The notes under the pieces are model-generated. The model did no database searches and had not been told where the DNA came from. It saw only the letters and a list, made by a program, of their open reading frames with translations. A program made the translations under genes and the position numbers. This document shows positions 19,524-32,700 of a DNA stretch of 64,000 bases, one piece after another. This DNA is from a virus: IMG/VR virus record IMGVR_UViG_3300021335_000003. One strand, given 5' to 3'. Position 1 is the stretch's first letter; every line of letters starts with the position of its first letter.

Positions 19524-19958
19524 ATGAACAAAATAATTTGTAGTGGCGCACTATTCTATTCATTAGACACTCAACGTTTTTTATTTTTACATCGTACTCA
19601 AAGTAAAGCAAAAAATCTTTGGGGACTAGTAGGTGGTACCAACGAAGATAAAGAAACACCATGGCAAGGATTACAAAGAGAAATAAATGAAGAAATAGGA
19701 TTTCTGCCAGAAATTAGTAAAACTATACCTTTAGAAACATTTGTAAGTACAGATGAACACTTTAACTTCCATACCTATCTTTGTGCAGTTAAAGAAGAAT
19801 TTATTCCTAAACTAAATGAAGAACATGACGGATATGCTTGGGTAAATTTTGGATCTTGGCCAAAACCATTGCACAACGGATTACAAAACACACTTAGAAG
19901 TAAAACAAACCAAAACAAGTTGAAAACTATTATTCAGCTTGTTGATATAATCGTTTAA
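19524..19958 (+). CDS. NUDIX hydrolase
   Basis: Nudix box GGTNEDKETPWQGLQREINEEIG. Confidence 0.9.
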   Translation: MNKIICSGALFYSLDTQRFLFLHRTQSKAKNLWGLVGGTNEDKETPWQGLQREINEEIGFLPEISKTIPLETFVSTDEHFNFHTYLCAVKEEFIPKLNEEHDGYAWVNFGSWPKPLHNGLQNTLRSKTNQNKLKTIIQLVDIIV

Positions 19959-22545
19959 ACTCTTCTTTTAACCATTCAAAGTCATTGATTTTTGACAGTT
20001 CTTCTACGTTATCTTTATTAAGTTCTCCAAACTCTTTACCTGCCTTAGCACCAGAAATAGCTGCTTTACCGAATGGTTTGTCTGCTCCTCTTGAACACCA
20101 TGCATCTAATCTAAATTCTGTTTCTTCATCTTTTTGTCTAGCAATACTGCGACTTGCTAATTTAGCACACTCTCTAAATCCACTGCGCCACGCACTAAAT
20201 GAATCAGTGTTAAACGCACTAGTGTTACTCATTTCTTCAACACCTTTAAACTTATCACTAATACTTGTTGTCATATCAGTTGTAGATTCGTCTAAGTTTC
20301 TAGTTAATTGTGTGGGTAATAATTTTACACCGCCGTAACCATATACAAGACCATTTACAGGATTTAAACTTCTCCACACATGCACAGTTTCTTTACCATC
20401 AATATCATATGCAGGCACATAATAATCAAAATCAAATCCATCAATAATCTCTGCATCACCATCTACTACCCAAAACATATCTGTTTCTACTAGTTCTGCT
20501 GCACGTTTATGTGCTGCATGGATGCCTTTGATATCCATTACACGTTTTGTTCTTGGAAACTTTTCACTAAGCAAATCAAAATTGTCGTCTGCATTTGGTT
20601 CTCCATTACTAATAAAAACAATATCGTAAGGTTTAGGATAACTGCCTACTTCAGGATATTCTTTTTTAGTAACAAAGAATCTATAATCAATTTCTCTTTG
20701 ACTGATACTTAGTTTTGTACTTGTAAGTGCTATACCATCATAAAAGTCTTCGTTTTTCCAAACATGATTTATTTTACGTTCATATTGGTTATGATGACTA
20801 ATATAGAAGTTCCAATCAAAATCTGGCACCGGTAAGAAACTGTCATTTACCATCCAAAACATATCATAGTTACAATCTTTTTTTGCATTTAAATAATCGG
20901 TATAATCATTTACTGTGTAAATTGGATATGGTTTAGGATTACTTGCTACAACATCCCATTCTTTCTTTTTAATTAAAAATCTATGTTCTATTTCTTTTTC
21001 ACTTACCAGAACGTTTTTACTGAATAACACAATACCATCATAATTTTCACCATTTAAAAATACATGATTAATATTTCTATCATAAGAATTATGATGATCA
21101 AAATACAAACTAAAATTAAAATCTTCTGCAACTTCTACATCGTTAGGAACACCCCAAAACATTTCTGAATGACAATTATATAGTGCTTCTGTATAATCTT
21201 CATAATTGTTGATTGTAAAGCGTTGATAAGGCTTTGGTGTACTTGCTACAACTTTGTGTTCCTTTTTGTTTACATAAAATCTGTGTTCAAATTCTTTTTC
21301 ACTGATTTCAGCTTTAGCACACATTAATGCAACACCGTCATATGAATTACCGTTCAAAAACACATGGTTAGTTTTCATATCAAATGTGTCTTGTTTATGG
21401 AAATATTCATCCCATTCAAAATCTTCTGCAATATCTACATCTTTTGGTATTAACCAAAACATATCAGTGCCACAATGTTCTAGTGCATTTTTGTATTGTT
21501 CATACGTATAAATGGTAAAGCGTTCAAAGTTTTTTGGAACACTTGCAACTTCTTCGTGTTCAATTTTTTCTTTTATATCTCTAAATAATATTTCTTCTTC
21601 AGTTACTTTTTTGTTTTTGCTAAACAAGAAAACACCATTATAATTATTACCATTTAGCCATGCATGATTAGATTTTTTATCACTGCTGTGATGACTAATG
21701 TAATAATCAAACTTAAAATCGTCATTGATTATAATTTGATTACTATAACCCCAAAACATGTCTGTGGTTGATTTATCCATTGCGTTTAAATAATCATAAT
21801 AATTATTGATTTCAAAAATATCATATGGTCTAGGATTACTAGCCATAATTCTAATTTCTTTTTTGTTTACAAAAAATCTATGAGTGATTTCTTTATCTGT
21901 TGCTGCATAATCTTTTGGCAACAAAACAATACCATCTAGTTGATCAATATCACCGTTACCAAAAACGTGAGGCATATCATAACTCCATTCATCTGGAGTA
22001 TAACTAAATTTAAATGTGTCTCTAATCACAGTATCGTCATGTACAATCCAAAACATATCAGTAAATGTACGTTCTTTTGCTTGTTGTATATTTTCTACAA
22101 CTTGTACGTCAAAACCTCTTTCGATTAATTTGTCTAATACAGTTTTATCAGATCCAATATAAAAAATTTCAAATTTGCCTGTTCCTTTTGTAGGATCATA
22201 GTGTCCGCAAATATGTGCATGTTTTTTTACTTCATAATTGCCAGGCGCTGTAGGAACTAGTCTAACCATTTTCCAACTTTTTACTTCACGACTTTTTTCA
22301 AACACATACGGAAATGCATGTATTGCTAAAGCTTCGTCCGGTGCAGGTTTATAAAACCAAGGAAAGCTATCATACACTTTTAAATCTGGATCAACTAACC
22401 AAACATATTCAGCACTGCCTTGCCAATCTGCAATTTCATTTTCATCATATACAACAGGATATTGTTCAAAAATATGATTTTTTAAATAATCTTGTCCATT
22501 ATGAATTGGATTTCCAAAACGTTCAAATCTGTCTATTGCTCTCAT
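19930..22545 (-). CDS. Tandem-repeat glycosyltransferase (GT-A)-like protein
   Basis: Five ~100-aa repeats (TDMFW...NHVFLNG..YDG...HRF..KKE...PKPY) and a full C-terminal domain with WVVDGD (DxD). Confidence 0.6.
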   Translation of the reverse strand: MRAIDRFERFGNPIHNGQDYLKNHIFEQYPVVYDENEIADWQGSAEYVWLVDPDLKVYDSFPWFYKPAPDEALAIHAFPYVFEKSREVKSWKMVRLVPTAPGNYEVKKHAHICGHYDPTKGTGKFEIFYIGSDKTVLDKLIERGFDVQVVENIQQAKERTFTDMFWIVHDDTVIRDTFKFSYTPDEWSYDMPHVFGNGDIDQLDGIVLLPKDYAATDKEITHRFFVNKKEIRIMASNPRPYDIFEINNYYDYLNAMDKSTTDMFWGYSNQIIINDDFKFDYYISHHSSDKKSNHAWLNGNNYNGVFLFSKNKKVTEEEILFRDIKEKIEHEEVASVPKNFERFTIYTYEQYKNALEHCGTDMFWLIPKDVDIAEDFEWDEYFHKQDTFDMKTNHVFLNGNSYDGVALMCAKAEISEKEFEHRFYVNKKEHKVVASTPKPYQRFTINNYEDYTEALYNCHSEMFWGVPNDVEVAEDFNFSLYFDHHNSYDRNINHVFLNGENYDGIVLFSKNVLVSEKEIEHRFLIKKKEWDVVASNPKPYPIYTVNDYTDYLNAKKDCNYDMFWMVNDSFLPVPDFDWNFYISHHNQYERKINHVWKNEDFYDGIALTSTKLSISQREIDYRFFVTKKEYPEVGSYPKPYDIVFISNGEPNADDNFDLLSEKFPRTKRVMDIKGIHAAHKRAAELVETDMFWVVDGDAEIIDGFDFDYYVPAYDIDGKETVHVWRSLNPVNGLVYGYGGVKLLPTQLTRNLDESTTDMTTSISDKFKGVEEMSNTSAFNTDSFSAWRSGFRECAKLASRSIARQKDEETEFRLDAWCSRGADKPFGKAAISGAKAGKEFGELNKDNVEELSKINDFEWLKEEFKRLYQQAE

Positions 22546-23126
22546 AATTGATTGGCCTTTATTCCTATATGTGCAAGTTTTATATCAGCATCTACGTAAG
22601 TATCATATCCATGATGCATTGCTTGATTACAAAAGTATATATCCTCGCCACTGTGTGTATCTAAAGTTTTATTGTATTCGTGTGCAAACCATGGCTTAGG
22701 TAAATCTTCAAACACCTTTCTTGTTACAAGCATACAACCCATGCCTACTGCCCAAACTTTATGTAAGCCGTTTGTTGCAGTAAGTCTTTTATCCATGTTG
22801 TTAGAATCTGTGAATGCTACACTTTGATATGGTGCATATCTAGTACTATAATTTGCTGCTACAATATCTTTTTTGTGAGAAATCAAGTCTAATACAATAT
22901 TTGCAGGAAAATACATATCACTGTCTAACCAAAGCAAGTGTGTTGCTCCACTGTCTAATGCTTCACGTGCTAGTTGTGTGCGTGACTCACAGACAACACT
23001 GCTACTAACAATGTGCAGATTGTATTCTATCGAAAGTTTGGTTAAACGACTAGTTAAATTTGCTAAACTTTGAGCAAATATTGTGTGTACTTTGTCGCCT
23101 GCTGGTACGCAAATACTTAATTGCAT
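22542..23126 (-). CDS. Glycosyltransferase family 2-like protein
   Basis: ISICVP-like start, THLLWLDSDM (DxD), VGMGCMLV, GEDIYFC. Confidence 0.8.
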   Translation of the reverse strand: MQLSICVPAGDKVHTIFAQSLANLTSRLTKLSIEYNLHIVSSSVVCESRTQLAREALDSGATHLLWLDSDMYFPANIVLDLISHKKDIVAANYSTRYAPYQSVAFTDSNNMDKRLTATNGLHKVWAVGMGCMLVTRKVFEDLPKPWFAHEYNKTLDTHSGEDIYFCNQAMHHGYDTYVDADIKLAHIGIKANQL

Positions 23127-23500
23127 TAGAGCATTGTGTTTGGAATTGTTTCCTGATTAAGATCTTTTTCAGCACTGATAGTAAGCTGATTCCAATCACG
23201 TGCTGATCCAGTTGCTACTTTTACACATTCTTGGAAGTCATCTGCTGACAAACTTGCCATTTTGATCATGTTTTCTGGTTGTACTTTTCCAAGTGTTAAC
23301 AGGTCAGCACCTGCTGCTTTGCCAAATGTCATGATCCAATGCAGTCTGTCGTCGTCTTCTGGAATATCCATTGCTGCAATTGCAGTTTTTGCTTCTGCTG
23401 TAAGTTCTCCAGCGTCAAGCGTGGCAAGTTTTGAAAGTTTACGTGCTTTGGTATATTCTTGTGCTAGATCTACGTTTAAAATTTCGTATAGTGTTTTCAT
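23126..23500 (-). CDS. Hypothetical protein (likely start MKTLYE at 23500)
   Basis: AAGGA RBS before ATG 23500; coupled to downstream GT. Confidence 0.65.
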   Translation of the reverse strand: MKTLYEILNVDLAQEYTKARKLSKLATLDAGELTAEAKTAIAAMDIPEDDDRLHWIMTFGKAAGADLLTLGKVQPENMIKMASLSADDFQECVKVATGSARDWNQLTISAEKDLNQETIPNTML

Positions 23501-23510
23501 TGTTGGTTCC

Positions 23511-23693
23511 TTAAGGTAAGATTGGAAAATAGTATCCGCCAAAACTTGAACTCATTGATATTGTAGTACCGGCACTAATACCAATATATGTTCCAAGTAC
23601 GCTGATTGTGTAGCTACTAGCAAAGCCGCCACCCACAAAATAATTGCGAATGTCACTCATTGATATTGTGCTGCCTGTTGCTGGTAATGCCAT
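23511..23693 (-). CDS. Small tail-fibre-associated protein
   Basis: MALPATGSTISMSDI motif typical of small proteins after phage fibre genes; TAAATA box at 23725-23731. Confidence 0.6.
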   Translation of the reverse strand: MALPATGSTISMSDIRNYFVGGGFASSYTISVLGTYIGISAGTTISMSSSFGGYYFPILP

Positions 23694-23771
23694 TACGAAT
23701 CCTATTTTCTATACAATAACACACTATTTACTCTGTGTCAATAAAGGATAGCCAATAAATTGGCTACCCTA

Positions 23772-26700
23772 TTATTTATCTAGTAGTTTTTGTACCATCG
23801 CTTTCAGTTCATCGATTTCTTTTTGCTGCTCTTTGATTGCTTCAATAAGAACAGGAACCATTTTATCATACTTGACTGTTTTATAATCATGCTCACCTTG
23901 TATTGGTGCTTTTTCAATTAGTTCTGGCAATACTGCTTCAACTTCTTGAGCACTGACACCAATTTGTACTCGATCGTTATTATATCCAAGTTCTTTGGCT
24001 TTAGCATTTTCTGTGAACAAGTATCCATTTAGACTCATAATTTTGTCTAATGCATTTGGAACTTTACCTTGGAAATCTTTCAAACGTTCATCTGAGTAGT
24101 AAGCAGTTATTTCGCTTGATGCTTTGAATTGGCCATCTACATACAATACTGTGGTAGGTTCTGTACCTTCAAAGATAAATGCTTCGTTGCCGCCAAGTGA
24201 TTGTGTATCAATGTGCGTATATCTCATTGTACCTACTTGACTTGCACTGCTTTGGTCAGAGAATGTAATACCAACATATCCACCGTTTGTTGTGTTACGC
24301 AAGTTCAGTCTGTTTTGACCGCTGCCGCTAAATGTAATTACACCACTTACACTGTCGTTCGCATCACTTCTTACAAACTGTGTGCTATCAAGACCATCTA
24401 GTGTGTTAGCGTCATCAGCACTAATACCAGTTAGGCCACTACCGTCACCTGTGAATAGGTTTGCAGTTACGTTACCTGTGATATTGATACTACCTGCACC
24501 ACTGATTTCTCCACTGAACGAGTCGTTTGCATCACTGCGTAGGAATGAACCGCTGCTAAGTCCGTCAAGTTGGTCAGCATCTAGTCCGCTACCTGCACCA
24601 TCGTTACCACTGTGCCACACTGTGTATTCTGTACCATCGTAGTTATATTTCAAACCATTTTGACCAGATCTAATATCAACAAAGTCATCGCTAACATCAT
24701 TGTACAAGCGTAGTCTATCACCGCTATCTACATATTGAATGTAAGCTGCTCTTGTACCTGCTTGGTAGAAACTCATGTAAGGATTACCTGTTGCACTTGT
24801 ATCTGTCAAGCGTAACATTTCGTCGCCAGCAAACTCAATTGTGAGCAATGCACTCATTGTGTCTGCTGTATCGCTGCGTAAGAAACTTGTACTGTCAATA
24901 CCGTCTAGTGTTTCTGCATCAACGTTTGTCAATCCACTACCGTTACCAGTGAATGTGCTTGTACCAATGTCGATGTTACCAAAGTTACTTGAGATACTAC
25001 CCGCATCTAGTGCGCCTGTACCAGTTAAGTTGCTGTATGTTCCAGTAATACGTGCATTTGGAACAGTACCTTGATCCAAGTTACTTGCACTTAGATTATC
25101 AATACCGCTACCATCTGCTGTGTTTAATGATCCTGCATACAAGTCACCTGCAACACCCATGCCACCGCCTACACGCACAGCACCAGTTGTAGTGTTAGTT
25201 GCTGCACTAGTATCGCTGAATGTTTTTACACCAGCCATTGTTTGGTTGCCACCTAATCTTGCGCCGTCAACTGTACCAGAATCTAACTCACTTGCATTAA
25301 GTGTTGTTAATCCACTACCATTACCTGTGAATGTGCTTGTACCGATATCAATGTTGCCAAAACTACTTGCAATACTACCAGCAGCAAGTGCACCAACTGT
25401 TGTTAAACTACTGTTCACAACACCTGTACCCAGTGTTGTTGCACTAAGTACATCTGAATTATTCACACGATATACTTTAGTATTAGCTACATTAATACTT
25501 TCGCTAAACTCCCATGCTGCATTTGTTACATTGTACAGCATGGTTTTATTTGTATCACCTAACAATGTAATACCGCCGCCGTTTGCTGTTATATCAGTTG
25601 GAGATGCAACATTACCAAGTTCAATGTTTTTATCTTCAACAATCAATGTTGTAGTATCTAGTGTAGTAGTTGTACCGTTGACTGTTAAGTCTCCAGTAAG
25701 AACCAAGTCACCTGCAATTGTTGTGTTACCAGTAGTGAACGCAATAGTAACTTTATCTAGTGCATCACCAAATTTTAGATCACCATTCTCGTCAATCTGC
25801 ATACGCTGTACGTTTGCAGTAAAGAAGTCCAAGTCGTCGTTGTCGTCGCCACTTGCAGTTTCTGCTCTAATAAATGTGTCTTGGTCGATGTCTTTAACGC
25901 CACCTAGTGTTGCCCATGCTGTGCCATCGTATCCTTCAAATGCTACGTCAGTTGAGTTAAAGCGTATTTGACCAGTCGTTACTGGAACACGTATGCCTGC
26001 TTCGCCTGGACGTTGTGCAGTTGTGCCTAGCGGTACTTTGATTGCTGTTGTATCTGTAAAGTCTGTGTAACCAGTGATATCTGTATCACCATATGTGTCA
26101 ATTGTTAGACGCACAGTTGATGTTTGTTGTAAATCACTTGTTGTGCTTGTTTCACCTGTTTTAACAGTGAATGTTCCGCCTGTTGCGTTACCTGTACCAA
26201 TACCTGCTTCAAGTGTTAAGTTTCCACCTGCTACGTCAGTACCAAAGCCATCTGTACCTTTGATAGTACCATTTGCCGGTGTTGCACTTGATTCGGCATT
26301 ACCAACAACAACAGTTTCATTTTTAAGAATCAATGTGTTGTTGATTGTGTGAGTACCTGCTGGAATATCGGTAACTAGAGCAGTAACAAGGTTATCTGTT
26401 CTAATTGTAAATGAAGTAGCAGTTTCGGTTGCACCACTAACAATCCATGTACCATCTAAGTTTGTTACACCGCTACTACCAATATTAACAGTGTCGCCTG
26501 GTAAAACACCAAGTGTAAATGGTGTGTATTGGAATGCTAGTGTTGTTGCTGATAAGATACTACCTGTTGTATCATTACTCAAATAAATTGCATCATCTGT
26601 AACACCACTAACAGTTGTATTTGAAGGAATACTTGTACTACCAGTAACAATCATACCTGCAAGAATACCAGTAGTGTCTGTCATAATAACTTCGTTGACA

Positions 26701-29700
26701 CCGTTTTGTGTTACTTCACTTGTGCTTTGTGTAATACTTTCTAAGTTTACAGCAACGTCTCTAGCAACAGTTGCTTCGTAGCTTGCAATGAATGGGAACA
26801 AGTCTCTTGGTCCATCTCCATTACCAAGTCTAACATTAGTTGCTGCTCCGCCAATTTGCAAACTGGTTACGTTTTCATTGTAAATTCTACCTGCACCTGT
26901 ACTCTTAGAAGTAAGTGCAGCAGAACCAACATCCAAACCTTCTGCAAGATCAAGTGCTGTACCCCATTCAGGTACGGTGCCATTTGATTTTAGGAAGTTA
27001 TTTCTTCTACCAATGCCTAATTGGTTCAACGTACTTGCAGACTGTGCGTAAATAATATCACCAATACTGTATGTTGCTAGAGCTGTACCACCTTTGTTAA
27101 CTGGTACAACACTGGTCAAGTTTGATGGATTTAAGAAATATGCACTATCTAGTCCGTCTAGCGTACCTGCATCAATAACACCGTCTTTGATAAATACTTG
27201 TCCTGATCCACCAGTATCAACATCAAACTGTGATTGTAGGAATCTAGATACACCCAGTCCTGAGAATGTACCCAGTGGGTCATAATCAACGTTTGCAATA
27301 CCAATATTAACTGGATCGCCATAAAACTCGCCACTTAAACTCGAACCTGTAAGTGTAATTGGGTTATCTGTTGTGTTTGCAACCTTTACACTTTGCACAA
27401 CGGTTTTGTAACTACTGTCACCAAACAATGCAGTGTCACTATTTGGAACACCGCTTGCACCAAGTCTACTAGGCGAAATTGTACCAGAGATAATATTTTC
27501 TGCGTCAATGTTGGTTACAGCAAGTGTATTCCAGTTATCAAGTAATCTACTTGAGGTGTTAATAACACTGTTAACTTGCACATTGTTTTTAATAACTTGT
27601 GCGCTTCCTACACCGGTGCTAATAATATCAATTGCATTTGTAACAAGGTCATTAATACTGTTTAATGCATCTGAACGCAGTGCGTGAATTGTAAACGAGT
27701 TATCTGTCACAGAACCTACAAAGAATCTGCTACCACTGTCAATAGCATCACCTGTTGAAACTGTTGGCAACACGTTTACAGTTGATCCATCTTCTAATGT
27801 TTCAATACGGAACGCATCACCTGTTGTAAATCCATGATTCTCAACAACAATACTGTTATCAGTTATGTTTACTGTTTTACGTGTAATATTGTGATTGTTG
27901 TTTGCAGGAGTGCTTGAGAACTCAACTTGGTTAAGCAGTGCAAAACCTTCATACAATTCAATTGTGTTAACATCAATAACTTTTACGTAATACACTTGTT
28001 CGTTTAACAATCCACCAATTGGTGTGTTTGCAAGTGAATCATATGATACAGGATCGCCTTGTCCAAAACCGTGATTTGGAATTGTAATTCTGTAATCAAC
28101 GTAGTTGACAGCACCGCCGCCACCTGTTGAACCAGCTAGGAAGTTATGTGTAATAACATCATCTAAGTTAATATCTCTAGCAGTAGCAACTGCTGTGTTA
28201 TCTTCAACAAAGTCAATACTTGTTACACTTGCAACAAACAGTTCGCCGCCTAAGATATTAACATATGCACGTTTTGCAACACTCGTAACTTCAATTTCAA
28301 AACCACTACCTGTGCCACCTACGTCACTAGCAAGAACTTCTAACAAGTCGCCTACTTCGTATCCGCTACCACCTCTTGTAATATCAACGTCTGTGATTTG
28401 TCCAGCAGTAATAGTGATGTTACCTTTGGCTCCTGTACCGCTACCTGTTTTTGCTTGGAAAGGTACTGCCTCGTATGTTTTTGTTGCAAGCAATGGAGTA
28501 TAGCCACTACCATTTACAAGGTTAGCATTGTCCAAGTTTTCCGCAATACCTTCTACGTATTCTGTAACAGCACCTTGGGCACCACCGTCAGCACTTGTAA
28601 CAATAGTACGCACTGTACCTGTAGCTGCTGCGCTGGCTTTTGTTGGATCAGCACTGTCAACGTTTGCATATGTAAATGTTGTGCTACTTGGAACACTTAA
28701 AACCAAACCGTTTTCGTTGTAAGATTCATCACTACAAATAATGTTAACGTTGTTGGCAACTTGTAAATTGTGTGCCACATCAGTAGTCACTGTTGCGACA
28801 TCGCTATTACGTTCTATAGTTGTAATATTAACACTAGTAAATGTGTAATCATCAGTTGGATCCAAATTCAAGAACTGGCTTGAGTTTGAACTACGTAGGA
28901 ACCAGTTGTCGATAATTTCTGTGCTTGGACCTTTTGATGCAATTGTTGCACCTGAATCTACACCTTCAACAAACAAACTACCTGCACTAACTTCCCAAGG
29001 ATCGCCAACGCTGTCGTCTTCATCGTTCCATTCACCGCCAATGGTAACAACAAGAAGGTTACCACTTGCAATATAGTTACCTTTAGCATAACCAATAGCA
29101 TCTGCAACACCTGGCTGCGTAATAACATCGCCATCATTTGCTGTGATGTTACCTGTTAGTGTAAGTTCAACTTGCTCATAGTTTTCTGTAGCAATGTCAC
29201 CAGCTTTCAAATCAATTGGAGGAATATCATCAACTTGTTCTAGTCGTGATTGATAACCATCTGTGTTTGTGTTTGTAAACTGTCTAGTAGCAGGAATCAA
29301 GTCTGCGTTCAACTGACCGTTTGTGTTCAACTGAACAATAGCACCTGGAACAGCCGCAGTACTCACAGTTTTGTCAACAAAGCCACCTAGTCTGTTACTA
29401 ATGAAACTTCTAACCGATAACTGTGTTGGAAGTCTGGCATCGCTTGGACCGCCGATTTCATCGTCACCTAAGTTCACACTAGTTGAAATTTCTTCAATAG
29501 CAACATCTGACAAGCTCAGTCTCAACGCATCAAGTTCGTCCACCTGAACTTTGTTTCTAAATGTAATGTTACCAGTTCTGTTAAACGCTGTAATAAAGTC
29601 ACCAACTTTAAAGTCACCAAGTTCGTTTGTACCTGATGAATACACACGACCTGGCAGTTCTTCAAACTGTTCGTATTCTGCTCTTGTGTTACCGCCGTTC

Positions 29701-32700
29701 TGTGGTAGAGCGTTATAGTCTGTACCCGAACCTGCATATTCCCAAGTGTGTGCAGATGAGTTAACAACCGATGGTCGGTGGAACCAACACTGGTTCTCAG
29801 GCAAGTTAATTAAATTAGATAGACTGCTACTACCGTCTGTAGCTGTAACACTAAATGTTGCAGTACCTAAGTTTGTACGAGAAATTGCTTCATTAACACC
29901 GATAGTTGTGTTTGGTACACTTGCGTGGTCTGAATCAATTGTACTTGTTTCATCAAATTGAATACGTAGCAAGCTCTGTCCAACAGCAACTTCTTCGATA
30001 CTCACAACTAGTAATCTGTCTCTTGGTTCCCAACTGTGAACAATAGCACTGTTGTTTTGTGCGCCTGTAGTGCCTGTAATAGCTCTACCAGGAACAAACT
30101 CAAATCCTTCTGATCCAGATTCTAATTCTAGTTGTTGATATGTTGTATGACTGCTTAATATTTCTTCAACATAAAATTCAATAACACCTGATAAGAATTT
30201 ATGTGTTCCTGTGCTTGTACCGATAATATTAACACCAAAATCTAAGCTGTCGTCAAAAGCTAATCTAAATTCATCTTCACTGATCAAATTAATATAATAT
30301 TGTTGTTCAGGATCTAAACCTTGAATTGGCGTATTGCCATTTGGATCATAGATAACTTTTTGTCCATTTGTGAATCCATGTCCTATAATTGTAATAATAT
30401 CTGTAGCTGCATTTACTGCTGTTACACCATCAAATGTAGTTTCAGTTGGTGTTGTTTTAAAGTCGTTTGTAATATCACCTTCTGAACTAACTTCAGTTGG
30501 ATCTGGCAAGTCCAATGGATCATTAATAATTGTAGTTACAATATCAAAACGTGATCCAGCAAAATCTTGTGTAGCAGCACTCAAACTTGAAATATATGTC
30601 AGTGCTTCTACTTTTGCTTGATCAATTGCAGCTATAGTTTGCAATTCTTGTCCACTAATTGTAAGTTGTGTACTGTCCTGCAAGTTACGTGTGTAATATG
30701 CTAGGCCAGCACTACGTGAATATCTGTTACCTGTGTCCCATGTGTCTTTTGCAACAGCTTCAACAATAAGTTGTGTGTCTCTATTACATTTAGACTCATC
30801 ATATGTAAATCCATACCAAATGTTTGCTTGAATTTGTTCATTGATATATTGTGTAACGTTTTGTGCAATGTTGATACGACCTTCTTCGTCAAGTTCGTTG
30901 TAAGCACTATATTCTGCATTACTGTTAACCCAAGTTAAGTCGGGCTCGATCCTTGTAGGTGCAGTTGCACCTTCGCTTTGAATATAATCTATAATTTCTT
31001 GTACTCTATCGCCTGCGTCATCGCTGGCATCTGTGCTACCTGCTGATGCTGCAACGTTTTGTGTTTCAGGGTTACCAGAGCTAACACTAACAGGTGTTGT
31101 TAAAATTACTTCTTGGATAACTGTTTTTAATCTTTCATATGCAGCAACAGTTTCTTCTAACTGTCCGGCACCGTATTGTTGCACTCCATCTACAAAGTAT
31201 GCAAGTGCTGCAATTGTAGTTTGTAAGTTACCACCATATGTTAAATCATATACAAGTGCATCAACAATTAATCCTGTGTCTCTTTCACATTTGTCTTCGT
31301 TGTAAACAAAACCTGTGCTAAACGGATCGATACCTGCACCAACTTGTGTTCCAATCCAAGCAGTGATTTCTTTTTGTATAAACAGTTTGTTGTTCAACAA
31401 TTGTGTTACTGCATTTGCATAACCAGAATCGCTTGCGTTTCCTGTGCCGCCTGTTGGAATTGGTCTAGTGTAAGCATCTGCTACTGCATCACCTGGTACA
31501 GTATTTGCATCACCATTTGTGATAATGTCAATAATTTCATCCCACAGTGCATTTGATCTACTTGTTGCAGTTGCATCACTTAGATAGTTTGCTGTGAGTG
31601 TTTTTGCTTGACCAAATGCTGCAATGTGCTGATCTTTCTGTGCAGCAAAAGTATCAGTATCAAAACTTCCGCTGAAGTAACGTAGTGCAGCACTCACTGT
31701 TCTATAGTTTGAGTTGAAGATGATATCGTATCTAATTGCATCTAGCAAGTCTCTAGTATCTCTACGACACTTGTCTTCGTTGTAAGTAAAGCCTGCCCAT
31801 ATGCTTGGAGTTGCTGCACTGATTTGTGCGTTGATCCAAGTTACTGTGTCGGCGGCAATCAAGTCCTTGTTAGAAATTAACAAGTCGTGTGCTGTTTTAT
31901 AATCTGGTTCTCTAAAACGTAAAACAAATTCTTCAACAGGTGCATCACGATTGATACCTACAATACTGATTGTTTGTTTACCATCAGAAATACCTGTTGC
32001 TGTAACAAAACTTCTGTCAAACGCAAATGCTTTTGGAGAGAAACCTGAACTTCGCAGAGCATACAAACCAAAGTTTGTAGCAGAGTTGGTAATTGAACAA
32101 TATCCGCCTGACTGACAATAAACACCGTTGAGCAGGAAGATTTCAAAACAAGACACGATCTGTGCATAAGCATCGTTGGTTAGTCGCCACGCTGTACCAC
32201 CAAATGATAGAATAGTAAAGGCGTTAGCAACCATTGATTTACCTTGTTCAGGTATCGCACCAACAACTGGATTCTCAGCCTCAATACCGTATGTCGGAAC
32301 GTTGGGAGATTCAACTTTACTACCATCAATCTTAGCACCGTTCATACCTAAGAACGAAATGATCGAAGCGTTCTGAATATATGGTGAAGTAACAATAGTT
32401 GGTCTTGTGTTAGGTAAGTTTGTGTAATCAGCTCTGTCTGTAATAATTGGATCGAACGGATCATCAAATGCCACTGCGTAGTCAGCTGTAATAGTTGGAA
32501 TAAAGTTGTCATCAACGCCGTCACGGAAAGTAAATTCACCAAAGTAACATGCGTTACGAACACGTAGAATATCCAAGTTAGCGTTTGCAGGACGAATAAT
32601 ACAACCACGCAAACCGTCGCCTTTGATAACTGTGTTATCTGGAACAATAACTGGGTTGTCTTCTGTATAGTCACCAACCGCAACTTTGATGTTTACACGT

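Noticed and set aside
24330-25400. Duplicated segments near the fibre C-terminus as a DGR template/variable repeat
   Set aside because: Copies are in-frame protein repeats with mostly synonymous, non-adenine-specific differences; no reverse transcriptase in the window.
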